DNA of 64,000 bases from positions 5,642,001 through 5,706,000 of the forward strand of contig NC_090367.1 in the NCBI RefSeq assembly GCF_035084215.1. The letters run 5' to 3'. This document shows positions 50,084-61,633 of this stretch, piece by piece. The translations under genes and the position numbers were made by a program. Below the pieces are notes generated by a model. It searched no databases. It saw nothing but the letters and a program-made list of their open reading frames with translations, and was not told where the DNA came from. This stretch comes from Heptranchias perlo (Eukaryota). The first letter of the stretch is position 1. Each line of letters begins with the position of its first letter.

Positions 50084-53000
50084 AAATACCGTCACACTCC
50101 CAGGGACACCCCCCGTAAATACCGACACGATCCCGGGGACACCCCCCGTAAATACAGACACGATCCCGGGGACCCCCGTAAATACCGACACGATCCCGGG
50201 GACACCCCCGTAAATACCGACACGATCCCGGGGACACCCCCGTAAATACCGACACGATCCCGGGGACACCCCCGTAAATACCGTCACGATCCCGGGGACA
50301 CCCCGTAAATACCGACACGATCCCGGGGACACCCTGTAAATACCGACACGCTCCCGGGGACCCCCCGTAAATACCGACACACTCCCAGGGACACCCCCCG
50401 TAAATACCGACACGATCCCGGGGACACCCCGTAAATACCGACACGATCCCGGGGACACCCTGTAAATACCGACACGATCCCGGGGACACCCCCCGTAAAT
50501 ACCGACACGATCCCGGGGACACCCTGTAAATACCGACACGCTCCCGGGGACCCCCCGTAAATAACGACACGATCCCGGGGACATCACGTAAATACCGACA
50601 CGATCCCGGGGACACCCTGTAAATACCGACACGCTCCCGGGGACCCCCCGTAAATACCGACACACTCCCAGGGACACCCCCCGTAAATACCGACACGATC
50701 CCGGGGACACCCCGTAAATACCGACACGATCCCGGGGACACCCTGTAAATACCGACACGCTCCCGGGGACACCCCCGTAAATACCGACACGCTCCCGGGG
50801 ACCCCCCGTAAATAACGACACGATCCCGGGGACCCCCGTAAATACCGACACGATCCCGGGGACCCCCCGTAAATACCGACACGCTCCCGGGGACCCCCCG
50901 TAAATACCGACACGCTCCCGGGGACCCCCCGTAAATACCGACACGATCCCGGGGACACCCTGTAAATACCGACACGATCCCGGGGACCCCCGTAAATACC
51001 GACACGCTCCCGGGGACCCCCTGTAAATACTGACACACTCCCGGGGACCCCCCTGTAAATACCAACACACACCCGGGGACCCCCCGTAAATACCGACACG
51101 CTCCCGGGGACCTCCCGTAAATACCGACACGCTCCCGGGGACCCCCCTGTAAATACCGACACACTCCCGGGGACCCCCTGTAAATATGACACACTCCCGG
51201 GGACCCCCATAAATACCGTCGCACTCCCGGGGGACCCCCCTTAAATACCGTCACACTCCCGGGGACCCCCCTTAAATACCGACACACACCCGGGGACCCC
51301 CCATAAATACCGACACGATCCCGGGGACCCCCCTGTAAATACCGACACACTCCCGGGGACCCCCCTGTAAATACCGACACACTCCCGGGGACCCCCCATA
51401 AATACCGACACACTCCCGGGGACCCCCCATAAATACCGACACACTCCCGGGGACCCCCTGTAAATACCGACACACTCCCGGGGACCTCCCCGTAAATACC
51501 GACACGCTCCCGGGGACCCCCTGTAAATATGACACACTCCCGGGGACCCCCTGTAAATACTGACACACTCCCGGGGACCTCCCCGTAAATACCGACACGC
51601 TCCCGGGGACCCCCTGTAAATATGACACACTCCCGGGGACCCCCTGTAAATACTGACACACTCCCGGGGACCTCCCCGTAAATACCGACACGCTCCCGGG
51701 GACCCCCTGTAAATACCGACACACTCCCGGGGACCCCCCATAAATACCGACACACTCCCGGGGACCTCCCCGTAAATACCGACACGCTCCCGGGGACCCC
51801 CTGTAAATATGACACACTCCCGGGGACCCCCTGTAAATACCGACACACTCCCGGGGACCCCCCGTAAATACCGTCGCACTCCCGGGGACCTCCTGTAAAT
51901 ACTGACACACTCCCGGGGACCCCCCGTAAATACCGACACACTCCCGGGGACCCCCCGTAAATACCGACACACTCCCGGGGACCCCCCCATAAATACCGAC
52001 ACACTCCCGGGGACCCCCTGTAAATACCGACACACTCCCGGGGACTCCCTGTAAATACCGACACACTCCCGGGGACCCCCCGTAAATACCGTCGCACTCC
52101 CGGGGACCTCCTGTAAATACTAACACACTCCCGGGGACCCCCCGTAAATACCGACACACTCCCGGGGACCCCCCGTAAATACCGACACACTCCCGGGGAC
52201 CCCCCGTAAATACCGACACGGTCCCGGGGACCCCCTGTAAATACCGACACACTCCCGGGGACCCCCCGTAAATACCGACACGCTCCCGGGGACCTCCCGT
52301 AAATACCGACACGCTCCCGGGGACCCCCCTGTAAATACCGACACACTCCCGGGGACCCCCTGTAAATATGACACACTCCCGGGGACCCCCATAAATACCG
52401 TCGCACTCCCGGGGGACCCCCCATAAATACCGTCACACTCCCGGGGACCCCCCATAAATACCGACACGATCCCGGGGACCCCCCTGTAAATACCGACACA
52501 CTCCCGGGGACCCCCCTGTAAATACCGACACACTCCCGGGGACCCCCCATAAATACCGACACACTCCCGGGGACCCCCCATAAATACCGACACACTCCCG
52601 GGGACCCCCTGTAAATACCGACACACTCCCGGGGACCTCCCCGTAAATACCGACACGCTCCCGGGGACCCCCTGTAAATATGACACACTCCCGGGGACCC
52701 CCTGTAAATACTGACACACTCCCGGGGACCTCCCCGTAAATACCGACACGCTCCCGGGGACCCCCTGTAAATATGACACACTCCCGGGGATCCCCTGTAA
52801 ATACTGACACACTCCCGGGGACCTCCCCGTAAATACCGACACGCTCCCGGGGACCCCCTGTAAATACCGACACACTCCCGGGGACCCCCCATAAATACCG
52901 ACACACTCCCGGGGACCTCCTGTAAATACCGACACACTCCCGGGGACCCCCTGTAAATACCGACACACTCCCGGGGACCCCCCGTAAATACCGACACACT

Positions 53001-53666
53001 CCCGGGGACCCCCCCATAAATACCGACACACTCCCGGGGACCCCCTGTAAATACCGACACACTCCCGGGGACCCCCTGTAAATACCGACACACTCCCGGG
53101 GACCCCCCGTAAATACCGTCGCACTCCCGGGGACCTCCTGTAAATACTAACACACTCCCGGGGACCCCCCGTAAATACCGACACACTCCCGGGGACCCCC
53201 CGTAAATACCGACACACTCCCGGGGACCCCCCCATAAATACCGACACACTCCCGGGGACCCCCTGTAAATACCGACACACTCCCGGGGACCCCCCGTAAA
53301 TACCGACACACTCCCGGGGACCCCCTGTAAATACCGACACACTCCCGGGGACCCCCTGTAAATACCGACACACTCCCGGGGACCCCCCGTAAATACCGAC
53401 ACACTCCCGGGGACCCCCCGTAAATACCGACACACTCCCGGGGACCTCCCGTAAATACCGACACACTCCCGGGGACCCCCCGTAAATACCGACACACTCC
53501 CGGGGACCTCCCATAAATACCGACACACTCCCGGGGACCCCCTGTAAATAACGACACGCTCCCGGGGACCCCCCGTAAATACCGACACACTCCCGGGGAC
53601 CCCCTGTAAATACCGACACACTCCCGGGGACCCCCCTTAAATACCTACACGCTCCCGGGGACCCCC
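50084..53666. repeat. ~31-bp CpG-rich tandem repeat (~3.6 kb) in ZFPL1 intron 1
   Basis: Unit TAAATACCGACACACTCCCGGGGACCCCCCG; variant gradient and ~1.15-1.18-kb block duplication. Confidence 0.97.
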
Positions 53667-53816
53667 TAGATACAAATATTTTGATTTATACATTAGAAAC
53701 CATGCCTAAACTGTTATATAATTTTGTATGGACTCTATAATTTCATAATAAGAGACATACTCCACGTATAATGTAGATGGATGATATACTTTATAGATCT
53801 ATTGCAGGGCCGTTAC

Positions 53817-53918
53817 CTTGTTGTGCTTGGATATCAGGCAGTGCTCGCACACATTCACTCGGTGCTCGAAGCAGAACAGGTTGGTCACTTTGCGCTTGGG
53901 GCATTTACACAAACCCAT
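53817..53918 (-). CDS. ZFPL1: ZFPL1 (zinc finger protein-like 1, cis-Golgi) coding exon 1
   Basis: [34 protein letters not shown]|gtaacg; seven exons total 981 nt = 326 aa. Confidence 0.97.
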
Positions 53919-53919
53919 T

Positions 53920-54160
53920 GTCCCCGGGAGCTAGGCCGCGGCCTCCGATCGCTCGCTCGCTCGCTCACTAACGCTCAGGGCTCCTGCGGCCTCAACCAAG
54001 GCCTCGCCCCTCGCCCCCGCCTTTTCCCCGTGACTTCGGCCCCGCCTGACCGACTCTTTTTTCTCTCTCTCTCCCTCCCTGTCGATTGTTGCGATTACTC
54101 GGCCGATGCCACGTCTCTTCCGGGTAACGGCGCGCAGTGATGACGTCGCGGTCCGTCCTT
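53920..54160 (-). promoter_or_regulatory. ZFPL1 CpG-island 5'UTR/promoter
   Basis: CpG-rich; ETS-like CTTCCGG near 54117; CRE-like TGACGTC at 54141. Confidence 0.65.
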
Positions 54161-54310
54161 GTATGTATTCCCGTAAAGAAAACTAGAGAGGGGGGGGGGG
54201 ACAATGTGGCCGGGGACTTTTAGTTCCTAGCCCTCTAACAGAGGCACAATGTGCAACATCCTCAGAGTGACACTCAAGCAACAACAGAAGCTCCCCCCAT
54301 TTTCACATCG

Positions 54311-54349
54311 TTCACCTGACGAAGGAGGAAGCCTCCGAAAGCTTGTGAA
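54311..54349 (+). ncRNA. Putative minimal type I hammerhead ribozyme motif (second copy, Penelope-like fragment extending to ~54400)
   Basis: TTCAC-CTGACGA-A-GGAGG(AAG)CCTCC-GAAA-GC-TT-GTGAA; downstream sequence matches 2774-2827. Confidence 0.6.
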
Positions 54350-55734
54350 TTTAAAATAAAATTGCTGGACTATAACTTGGTGTTGTAAAATTGTTTACCA
54401 TTGAGAAGGACAAGAGCAGCAATGAAAGGGTAGTGGAATCAGATTCCATAGGAACTTTCAAAATGCAATTGGACATGTACTTGTGACTAATTTGCAGGTT
54501 ATGGGGATAAAGCTGGGCTATGGGACTAAATTTGACAGCTCTTTCAAAGAGCCAGCACAGGCATGATGGGCCGAATGGCCTCCTGTGCTGTAAGATTCTA
54601 TGATAATGTCACTTGAACCACCATCTTCTCCAAGTCACACACACCATCGGGACTTGGACATATATCACCGTTTCTTCGTTGTCGTTGGGTCCGTATCCTT
54701 GAATTCTCTACTTAACACCTCTGCGGAAGCACCTTCGCCACATGGACTGCAGCAGTTCAAGGAAAAGGCACACCACCACCTTCTTGGGGCAACTAGGGAT
54801 TGGCAACAAATGCAGTCTTGCCAGTGCTGCCCACATCCCAAGAACAAATACAAAACATACACTTCAGGTCTTTGAGCATCTGAAAAGAAGAATCAAAGTT
54901 TCAGATTTGTATATTTCACCACTCTGATATAATCACTGTATATAGTTGAGGGAACACATTACACAGTATTAATGGAGTTGTAAACAAAAACAGAAAATAC
55001 TAGAAATACACATTAAATCAGTCCAATGCAAGTTTCCTGATCTATGTGGGAGGGTTCAGGATCACCTGCATTCAATTGTACTGCTGTAGGGAAATTCTCG
55101 CTGAGCTCAAGGGTTTCCTTGGGAAAAAGAAACAGAGAAAAATGAAAAAGAAATCAGAGATACTGAGGAGAAAAAAGAGACAAAAATCAGAGACAAACAA
55201 GAGAGACATACAGCGAGAAAGAAATCAGAGAGGGCGAAGAAAGCGAGAAGTAAATCCCTGTCCCATCATCTCACACTTTGTAGCACAAGGCCAATTTTTG
55301 TGAGTGTGTAAAACATATAATGCTGGAATGCGCAGCAGGTCAGTCAACATCTTACAGAGAAAAGGTAGGTTAACTTTTTGGATAGAACTTTGCAACACAA
55401 CTTTGTTGTGCTGAAACTGGAAACATTAAACTATCTTTCTTTTAGATTGGACTGCCCTCTTTTACTAAACCCAGCTGGCAGAGGATATTTTACTGGATCT
55501 GACCCAAGCTTGCATTCCTCATATTTGATTTGCTGATGGAAGAAAAGAAAGAAGTTGAATTTAGTGAGATGAATGCCCAGTTGATCTGGTTTTGATTGTG
55601 TTGGTTGAGGGAGGAATATTGGGCAAGACACCAGAGAGAACTCCCTACTCTTCTTCCAATAGTGGTGTGGGATCTTTAACATCTACCCGAACAGGGAGGA
55701 CCTCATTTTATCTCTCACCTAACTGGACAATGAA

Positions 55735-56118
55735 TCAGGGGAAGAGCTTTTTTGTTTGTTGGATTGCCGCTGCTGGTTATGGTTCTGCTGTTGCCATTTA
55801 TAGCTCCTCTAGACCCATCTTTTGTATCTTAACTTGTCCCATTACCAGCGTCCTTGCCTTGCACCATCATCCCATTTGTCATTTAATCACTCATACCCTC
55901 CACTCTTTCAGAGACCTTCCCTTTTGTTCTTCCCTTCCCTCCCCCCTCTCCCTGGCTCTGTACTTGCTTAAAAACTTTAACTCTTTAATATCTTCCATTT
56001 CTTCGACCTGAAATGTTAACTCTGTCTCTTTCTCCAAAGGGAATGCCTTCCTTGCTGAGCTTTTCCAGCATTTTCTGTTTTTATTTCAGATTTCCACCAT
56101 CCACAATATTTTGCTTTT
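55735..56118 (+). mobile_element. Probable Penelope-like retroelement terminal fragment
   Basis: GACCTGAAATGTTAACTCTG...GCTGAG...TCCAGCATTTTCTGTTTTTATTTCAGATTTCCA; recalled as a fish PLE terminal sequence. Confidence 0.5.
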
Positions 56119-56159
56119 GAATAAATGGAGGGGAGGGGTGGGTGCGAGGTCCCTTTAAA

Positions 56160-56400
56160 TAATTAGGGGCGGGGCCGCCCCCGCAAGGCAATCAAATGGG
56201 CGGGGCCATGCTTCCAGACCAACCAATCGGAACAAATGATTGAAAGGCCATCTAGCCAATCAGAATCGACGGAGTCTCCGTCACGGCCAATCGGAACCGC
56301 AGACGGCGCAAATTTGACCCAATCAGGATGCAGGCACCGTCCTGGCCAATCAGAGGCGCCAGTCCCGGCAGCGGCGGCGGTTTTGAATTCCGTTTCCGGT
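56160..56400 (+). promoter_or_regulatory. CDCA5 G2/M-type promoter: GC boxes, five CCAAT boxes, CDE/CHR
   Basis: CCAAT at 56223, 56256, 56287, 56319, 56346; GGCGG (56373-56377) + 4 nt + TTTGAA (56382-56387). Confidence 0.85.
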
Positions 56401-56456
56401 TCCCGCGCGCGGTTTGGTGCCGGCGTCCGTTAGGAGCTCGCGGAGGGGGAGACGGG

Positions 56457-56490
56457 ATGGCGGCGGCGGGCAGTCGGAGCGTGGCCGCGG
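56457..56490 (+). CDS. CDCA5: CDCA5 (sororin) coding exon 1
   Basis: GGGATGG Kozak; MAAAGSRSVAA G|gtgagt directly downstream of the CHR promoter; phase fits the exon at 60358. Confidence 0.75.
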
Positions 56491-56721
56491 GTGAGTGAGA
56501 GAGGCTTAGTTACTGCGAGGCGAACTGAACCGGGTAACTGGCGCCCGGACATTTTTTTCCCCCATTGTAGAAACGAAGCGCAATCTGAGGTGGGTCCAGA
56601 GCGACGATCGGCCATTTTGCCCATTTTACCGGCAGCGGCAATAACTGATCCCGGGAGAACGACGCTCCTTGCAACGCCCCGCCCCGCCGCGCCGAGCCGA
56701 AAATATTGATTTATTCCTCGC

Positions 56722-58030
56722 CCCTATATATTGGTGCACTCCTTGGATCCGCCCTTCATTTGCATATATTGGTGCACTCCTTTTATCCCTCTATTTGCAT
56801 ATATTGGTGCACTCCTTGGATCCCTCTATTTGCATATATTGGTGCACTCCTTGGATCCCTCTATTTGCATATATTGGTGCACTCCTTGGATCCCTCTATT
56901 TGCATATATTGGTGCACTCCTTGGATCCCTCTATTTGCATATATTGGTGCACTCCTTGGATCCCTCTATTTGTAAATATTGGTGCATTCCTTGGATACTC
57001 CTATTTGCATATATTGGTGCACTCCTTTTATCCCTCTATTTGCATATATTGGTGCACTCCTTTTATCCCTCTATTTGCATATATTGGTGCACTCCTTTTA
57101 TCCCTCTATTTGCATATATTGGTGCACTCCTTGGATCCCTCTATTTGCATATATTGGTGCACTCCTTGGATCCCTCTATTTGTAAATATTGGTGCATTCC
57201 TTGGATACTCCTATTTGCATATATTGGTGCACTCCTAGGGACTCACCATTTGCATATATTGGTGCACTCCTTGGAACCCTCTCTGCATATATTGCACTCA
57301 ATACTCATTTGCATATATTGGGGCATTCTTTGGAAATACTCATTTGCATATATTGGTGCCCTCCTTGGAATCCACTATTTGCATATGTTGGTGCATTCCT
57401 AGGGACTCACCATTTGTATATTGGTGCATTCCTTGGGAACCCTTATTTGCATACATTGGTGCACTCCTAGGGAACCCCTATTTGCAGACATAGGTGCACT
57501 CCTTGGAACCCTCTATTTGCATATATTGGTGTACTCCTTGGAACCCACTATTTGCATATATTAGTGCATTCATTGGAAACCCCTATTTGCATATATTGGT
57601 GCACTCCTTGGAAACCCCTATTTGCATATATTAGTGCATTCATTGGAAACCCCTATTTGCATATATTGATGCACTCCTAGGAAATCAGCATTTGCATATA
57701 GGTGCATTCCTTGAAACCCCTATTTGCATATATTGGTGCATTCCTTGGAAACCCCTATTTGCATATATTGGTGCACTCCTTGGAAACCCCTATTTGCATA
57801 TATTGGTGCACTCTTTGGAACCCTACATTTGCATATATTGGTGCACTCCTTGGAACCCTACATTTGCATATATTGGTGCACTCCTTGGAACCCACTATTT
57901 GCATATATTGGTGCACTCCTTGGAACCTTCCATTTGCATATATTGATGCACTCCTTGGAACCCTACATTTGCATATATTGGTGCACTCCTTGGAAACCTT
58001 CACTTGCATATATTGGTGCACTCCTGGGTC
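56722..58030. repeat. 35-bp tandem repeat (~37 units) in CDCA5 intron 1 carrying octamer motifs
   Basis: Unit TCCCTCTATTTGCATATATTGGTGCACTCCTTGGA. Confidence 0.96.
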
Positions 58031-58749
58031 CTTTCCCCACCCCTTGCAAATGTTGGGATACTCCTAGCTCTCCCACCATAGAAAAGATGGTCTCCTGGGG
58101 AGTCCTATACAAATTTAAAGAACGTGATGTTTTGTTCCATTTATTGTCTATGGAAAAAATGAAAATGCTATTAATATTTCTACCATCTTCAATCCCTCTT
58201 CTTAACAGATATTGATCCAGCTTGATATATTAGAAGCTGGGCTGTGCAGGTTATGCAGTGCACTTCATGCTATTATTGAATGGCAGGAAACCAGTCCTGG
58301 CCTCTGCTTACTTACATACCCTACCTGACAGCACTGGACGAGTTGCTTGGAAATGGTGTGTAGTTGCACATGCATAACAGGAGAGTATAAACCCCATCAC
58401 AAACCCTGAGCAGTTCCCTATCTGTTGTGGACCTTTTAAGTTCATGGGCTCAAATCAGTTTTTTGGGAGAGGGTGTTAACTAATACTTATTGTCAGTGAT
58501 GGGGAATGGAAAACATTTTCAATTTTTTTGTCACCCAGTGTTGGCATTGAGCAGCAACGGATTGTGTGCAGAGTAAAGCTCCCATTATTGCAACTTCAAA
58601 CATGCCCAGGGTTGGATCCAGAATAAATTTCCCTTTACTCTGTTGAACAGTTCCAGGTCAATGTGATAAGCAAGTGTCACACCAGATAGGCCCTAGCACT
58701 GTCCATCACAGATTAAAGAGGACACTGGCTGTGGTCTCGGAGTAGGCTG

Positions 58750-59640
58750 TCCTCTTACCTTCTTGTTAGCAGAGTCGTCCGGGTCATTAGACCAAAGTAA
58801 ACGTTCATGATTTTTTTTGTTTGTGTCTGAATCCCAAGTTGAGAAAGGCTCTTGAAGGCTGACAGTTATTAGAGGATGGGAGTTGAGTTCCACTGTTTTG
58901 AGGTCCTGGGAAAGATTGAGTAGGAGACAGACCAATGAGTATTAATTTCAACACAAGTGAGAATGCAGGGAGGGGAAAGAGCATATTTGCAGCTTAAGTG
59001 GAAGGAGAGGGAAGGTTCCAGAGGAGCACTGACCACAGTATATCAGTAGAAATAAAGACAAGGAAGGTTGTGATTGGAGACACTGGAGGGGAGAGAGGAA
59101 AGATGACCAGCTTTTTCTTGTATCCAGTCCAAGTGTAACAGAGATATTAGAGGCACCTGCCCAGTCACAGGAACAGTATTCTTGACTTTAACGGACTTGA
59201 GCTTTATGGAGTTAAGATATGTTGGAGAAAACTTGGTTAGCCGGAATGAGGAAACAACTTTAACAACGGAAAAGAGGGAGGTTCCATTTGAGATAAGAGG
59301 TGATAATGTGGCAAAAAGATGTCCAGTGGTGGAAGAACCTAAAGGTGGTGATGTCAACGATGAGGGAAGGAAGTTATTAGGCTGGGCTTATGAGCCACTA
59401 AGAATTTACCTTTGTAGAGTTGAAACAAGATCCTCGCTGTCCCATTGAAGAGGAGGCAGAATGGAGTGATTCAGTCTTTGCACTGAGGATTGGAGGAAGT
59501 GGGCATGTGAGCAAAGGAAGTTAATGAATGTAATGTTGCATTATCAGCAAAGTGATTATGGTTGGATGAAGAATGGAGGAGGTTATTTATCTGGAGAAAG
59601 AACGGAGTGGACGCAGTGGACCTCCTTACTCAATGTCAGG
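58750..59640 (-). mobile_element. Old L2-like LINE fragment (boundaries approximate)
   Basis: CCACTGTTTTGAGGTCCTGGGAAAG..GAGTAGGAGA..CCAATG..GAGCACTGACCA pattern shared with other degenerate L2 copies in the window. Confidence 0.45.
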
Positions 59641-59804
59641 ATCGGCCATCACTACAGCACAAATAGAGGAAACTAGACAGCCATGAACATGGGAGGTCGT
59701 GTGATGATTGAGAAGTGCACAGAATGTCCATGGGGATGTGAGATGCAGGCGGCCCTCAAGTTGAGTACCACTGCAGTACTTTATCCTAGTGCTGTACACT
59801 AACA

Positions 59805-60045
59805 ATCCTGTACCTGTGTTAAACAGCGACAGACCTGTACCCACCAGTACTGTACCCGTGTTATACAGTGACAGACCTGTACCCACCAGTACTGTACCCC
59901 AGTGTTAAACAGCGACAGACCTGTACCCACCAGTACTGTACCCCTGTTATACAGTGACAGACCTGTACCCACCAGTACTGTACCCCAGTGTTAAACAGTG
60001 ACAGACCTGTACCCACCAGTACTGTAACCATGTTAGTGACAGACC
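59805..60045. repeat. ~42-44-bp minisatellite (about 5 units)
   Basis: GTGTTATACAGTGACAGACCTGTACCCACCAGTACTGTACCCCA. Confidence 0.92.
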
Positions 60046-60357
60046 TTTACACTCTCCATATACAACCTGAACTTGGAAGTACAGAATCTACAGTTGTGCT
60101 GCTTGGCATTTTTGCAGTTCAATGGACAAAAACTTCATACATTCTCTGTGACACTTTACTGATATCCCGATGAAGGAGTTTTAGTTCAGAAACAGGTGGA
60201 AGGGAATTCGACTTCAGTAAAGGGGGTGAGGAGAATCCTTAGAAATTAATGGGACCATCCTGTATGAATACATCTGAGCCAGCACCAGATGTCTGGAGGC
60301 AAATTCTGTTTCCTCAGGCAACGAGAGCCCTGAATCATACTTTAACTCTGTTTTCAG

Positions 60358-60422
60358 ATGTATGCCCACCAGCGAGAAGGAAATCCGACCGATTGTCGGC
60401 GACAAAGGATAAAGCAAGCTCA
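60358..60422 (+). CDS. CDCA5: CDCA5 coding exon 2
   Basis: ttttcag|(D)VCPPARRKSDRLSATKDKASS|gtgagt; resembles the sororin RRSQR segment. Confidence 0.7.
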
Positions 60423-60904
60423 GTGAGTACTGGAGTGGTTGGTGTATATTGAGTGACGTAAATCTCTGGAATACTTCTACCTGATAATTTGGAAGAATAT
60501 TATTGCATTCAAAAGAGCTACAGAAGCGAGGGGTGAAGATGACTGATATGTGGGATTTAAGTAATGAGGATTGATTAAGGAAGTTGTTTTTTTTTGTGGA
60601 ATAGAGGAGACTTTAGAGGTGATCTAATTGAAGTTTTTGATTTGATGCAAATTAATAAAATTAACTGTGGTAAATGGTTCAAATACCAGAGCACACAGGT
60701 CAAAAATATTTGATATCAGGCAGAATGTATTCACCCAAAGGGTAACAGACTTGTAGAATAAGTTACCAGGGAAGGGCATTGAGGTAGACAGTGTGAATGT
60801 GTTTTGGTAGTCTTGTTTGCGTAGGAGTTTCACTGGTGCTGGGCATTGGGGAGCAGACGCTGATTTAATCTGCGTTTTGAATCCGCGTGCTTCCCAATGC
60901 CCAA

Positions 60905-61335
60905 ATTCACCTATCGCTCGTGCTCGCTGATTGGCTTCCGGTCCGGGAACGCCTCAATTTTAAAATTCTCATCCTTGTGTTCAAATCCCTCCATAGCCTC
61001 GCCCCTCCCTATCTCCAAACATCTCCAGTCCTACAACCCTCTGAGATCTCTGTGCTCCTCCAATTCTTGCCTCTTGCGCATCCCTGATATTAATTGCTCC
61101 ACTATTGGCGGCCGTGCCTTCAGCTGCCTAGGCCCTAAGCTCTGGAATTCCCTCCCTAAACCTCTCCGCTCCTTTATGACGCTCTTTAAAATCTACCTCT
61201 TTGACCAAGCTTTTGATCACCTATCCTAACATCTCCTTATGGGACTCGGTGTCAAATTTTGTTTGATTACGCTCCTTTGAAGCACCTTGGGACGTTTCAC
61301 TACGTTAAAGGCGCTTTTTAATTCAAGTTGTTGTA
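60905..61335 (+). mobile_element. L2 LINE 3' end, same family as 18517-19290
   Basis: WLPVRERLNFKILILVFKSLHSLAPPYL...GGRAFSCLGPKLWNSLP and L2 tail. Confidence 0.88.
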
Positions 61336-61431
61336 GTTGCTGGCGACACTTAGACAAGCTTCATGAGCCTTTCATGTTCCTATAAGTTCCTATACCACTG
61401 TCACTGATCCAGGTTATTTATTGTTGAACAG

Positions 61432-61488
61432 GCTCCGGTTGTCAAACGTTCAATTGTTTTGAAAAAGATCGAACCTCAGAAAAACGTG
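61432..61488 (+). CDS. CDCA5: CDCA5 coding exon 3
   Basis: aacag|APVVKRSIVLKKIEPQKNV|gtaagt; compare recalled human AVRKPIVLKRIV. Confidence 0.85.
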
Positions 61489-61594
61489 GTAAGTAGTGAA
61501 TATTCTGATTCTCAATTTGAGATGGGAAACAATCGAGAAGCTGCTTCTGAACTGTGATTTTTTTTTTCTCTTCTTTTCCCCCGCCCCGGTTTAG

Positions 61595-61633
61595 CCAAAG
61601 AAGGTTTCAGGGGAGCCTCGACAGAGCCCTAGG
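61595..61633 (+). CDS. CDCA5: CDCA5 coding mini-exon 4
   Basis: 39 bp, long pyrimidine tract, ttag|PKKVSGEPRQSPR|gtgagt, phase 0-0. Confidence 0.7.

Noticed and set aside
50024-53621. Very long ORFs (up to 1191 aa) on the minus strand
   Set aside because: Translations of the 31-bp tandem repeat inside ZFPL1 intron 1; several frames are open and the peptides are periodic
56571-58796. Possible extra CDCA5 micro-exons at 56571-56589 and 58773-58796
   Set aside because: The first would shift the frame; the second preserves frame but has a weak donor and borders LINE-like sequence; neither can be supported without transcripts
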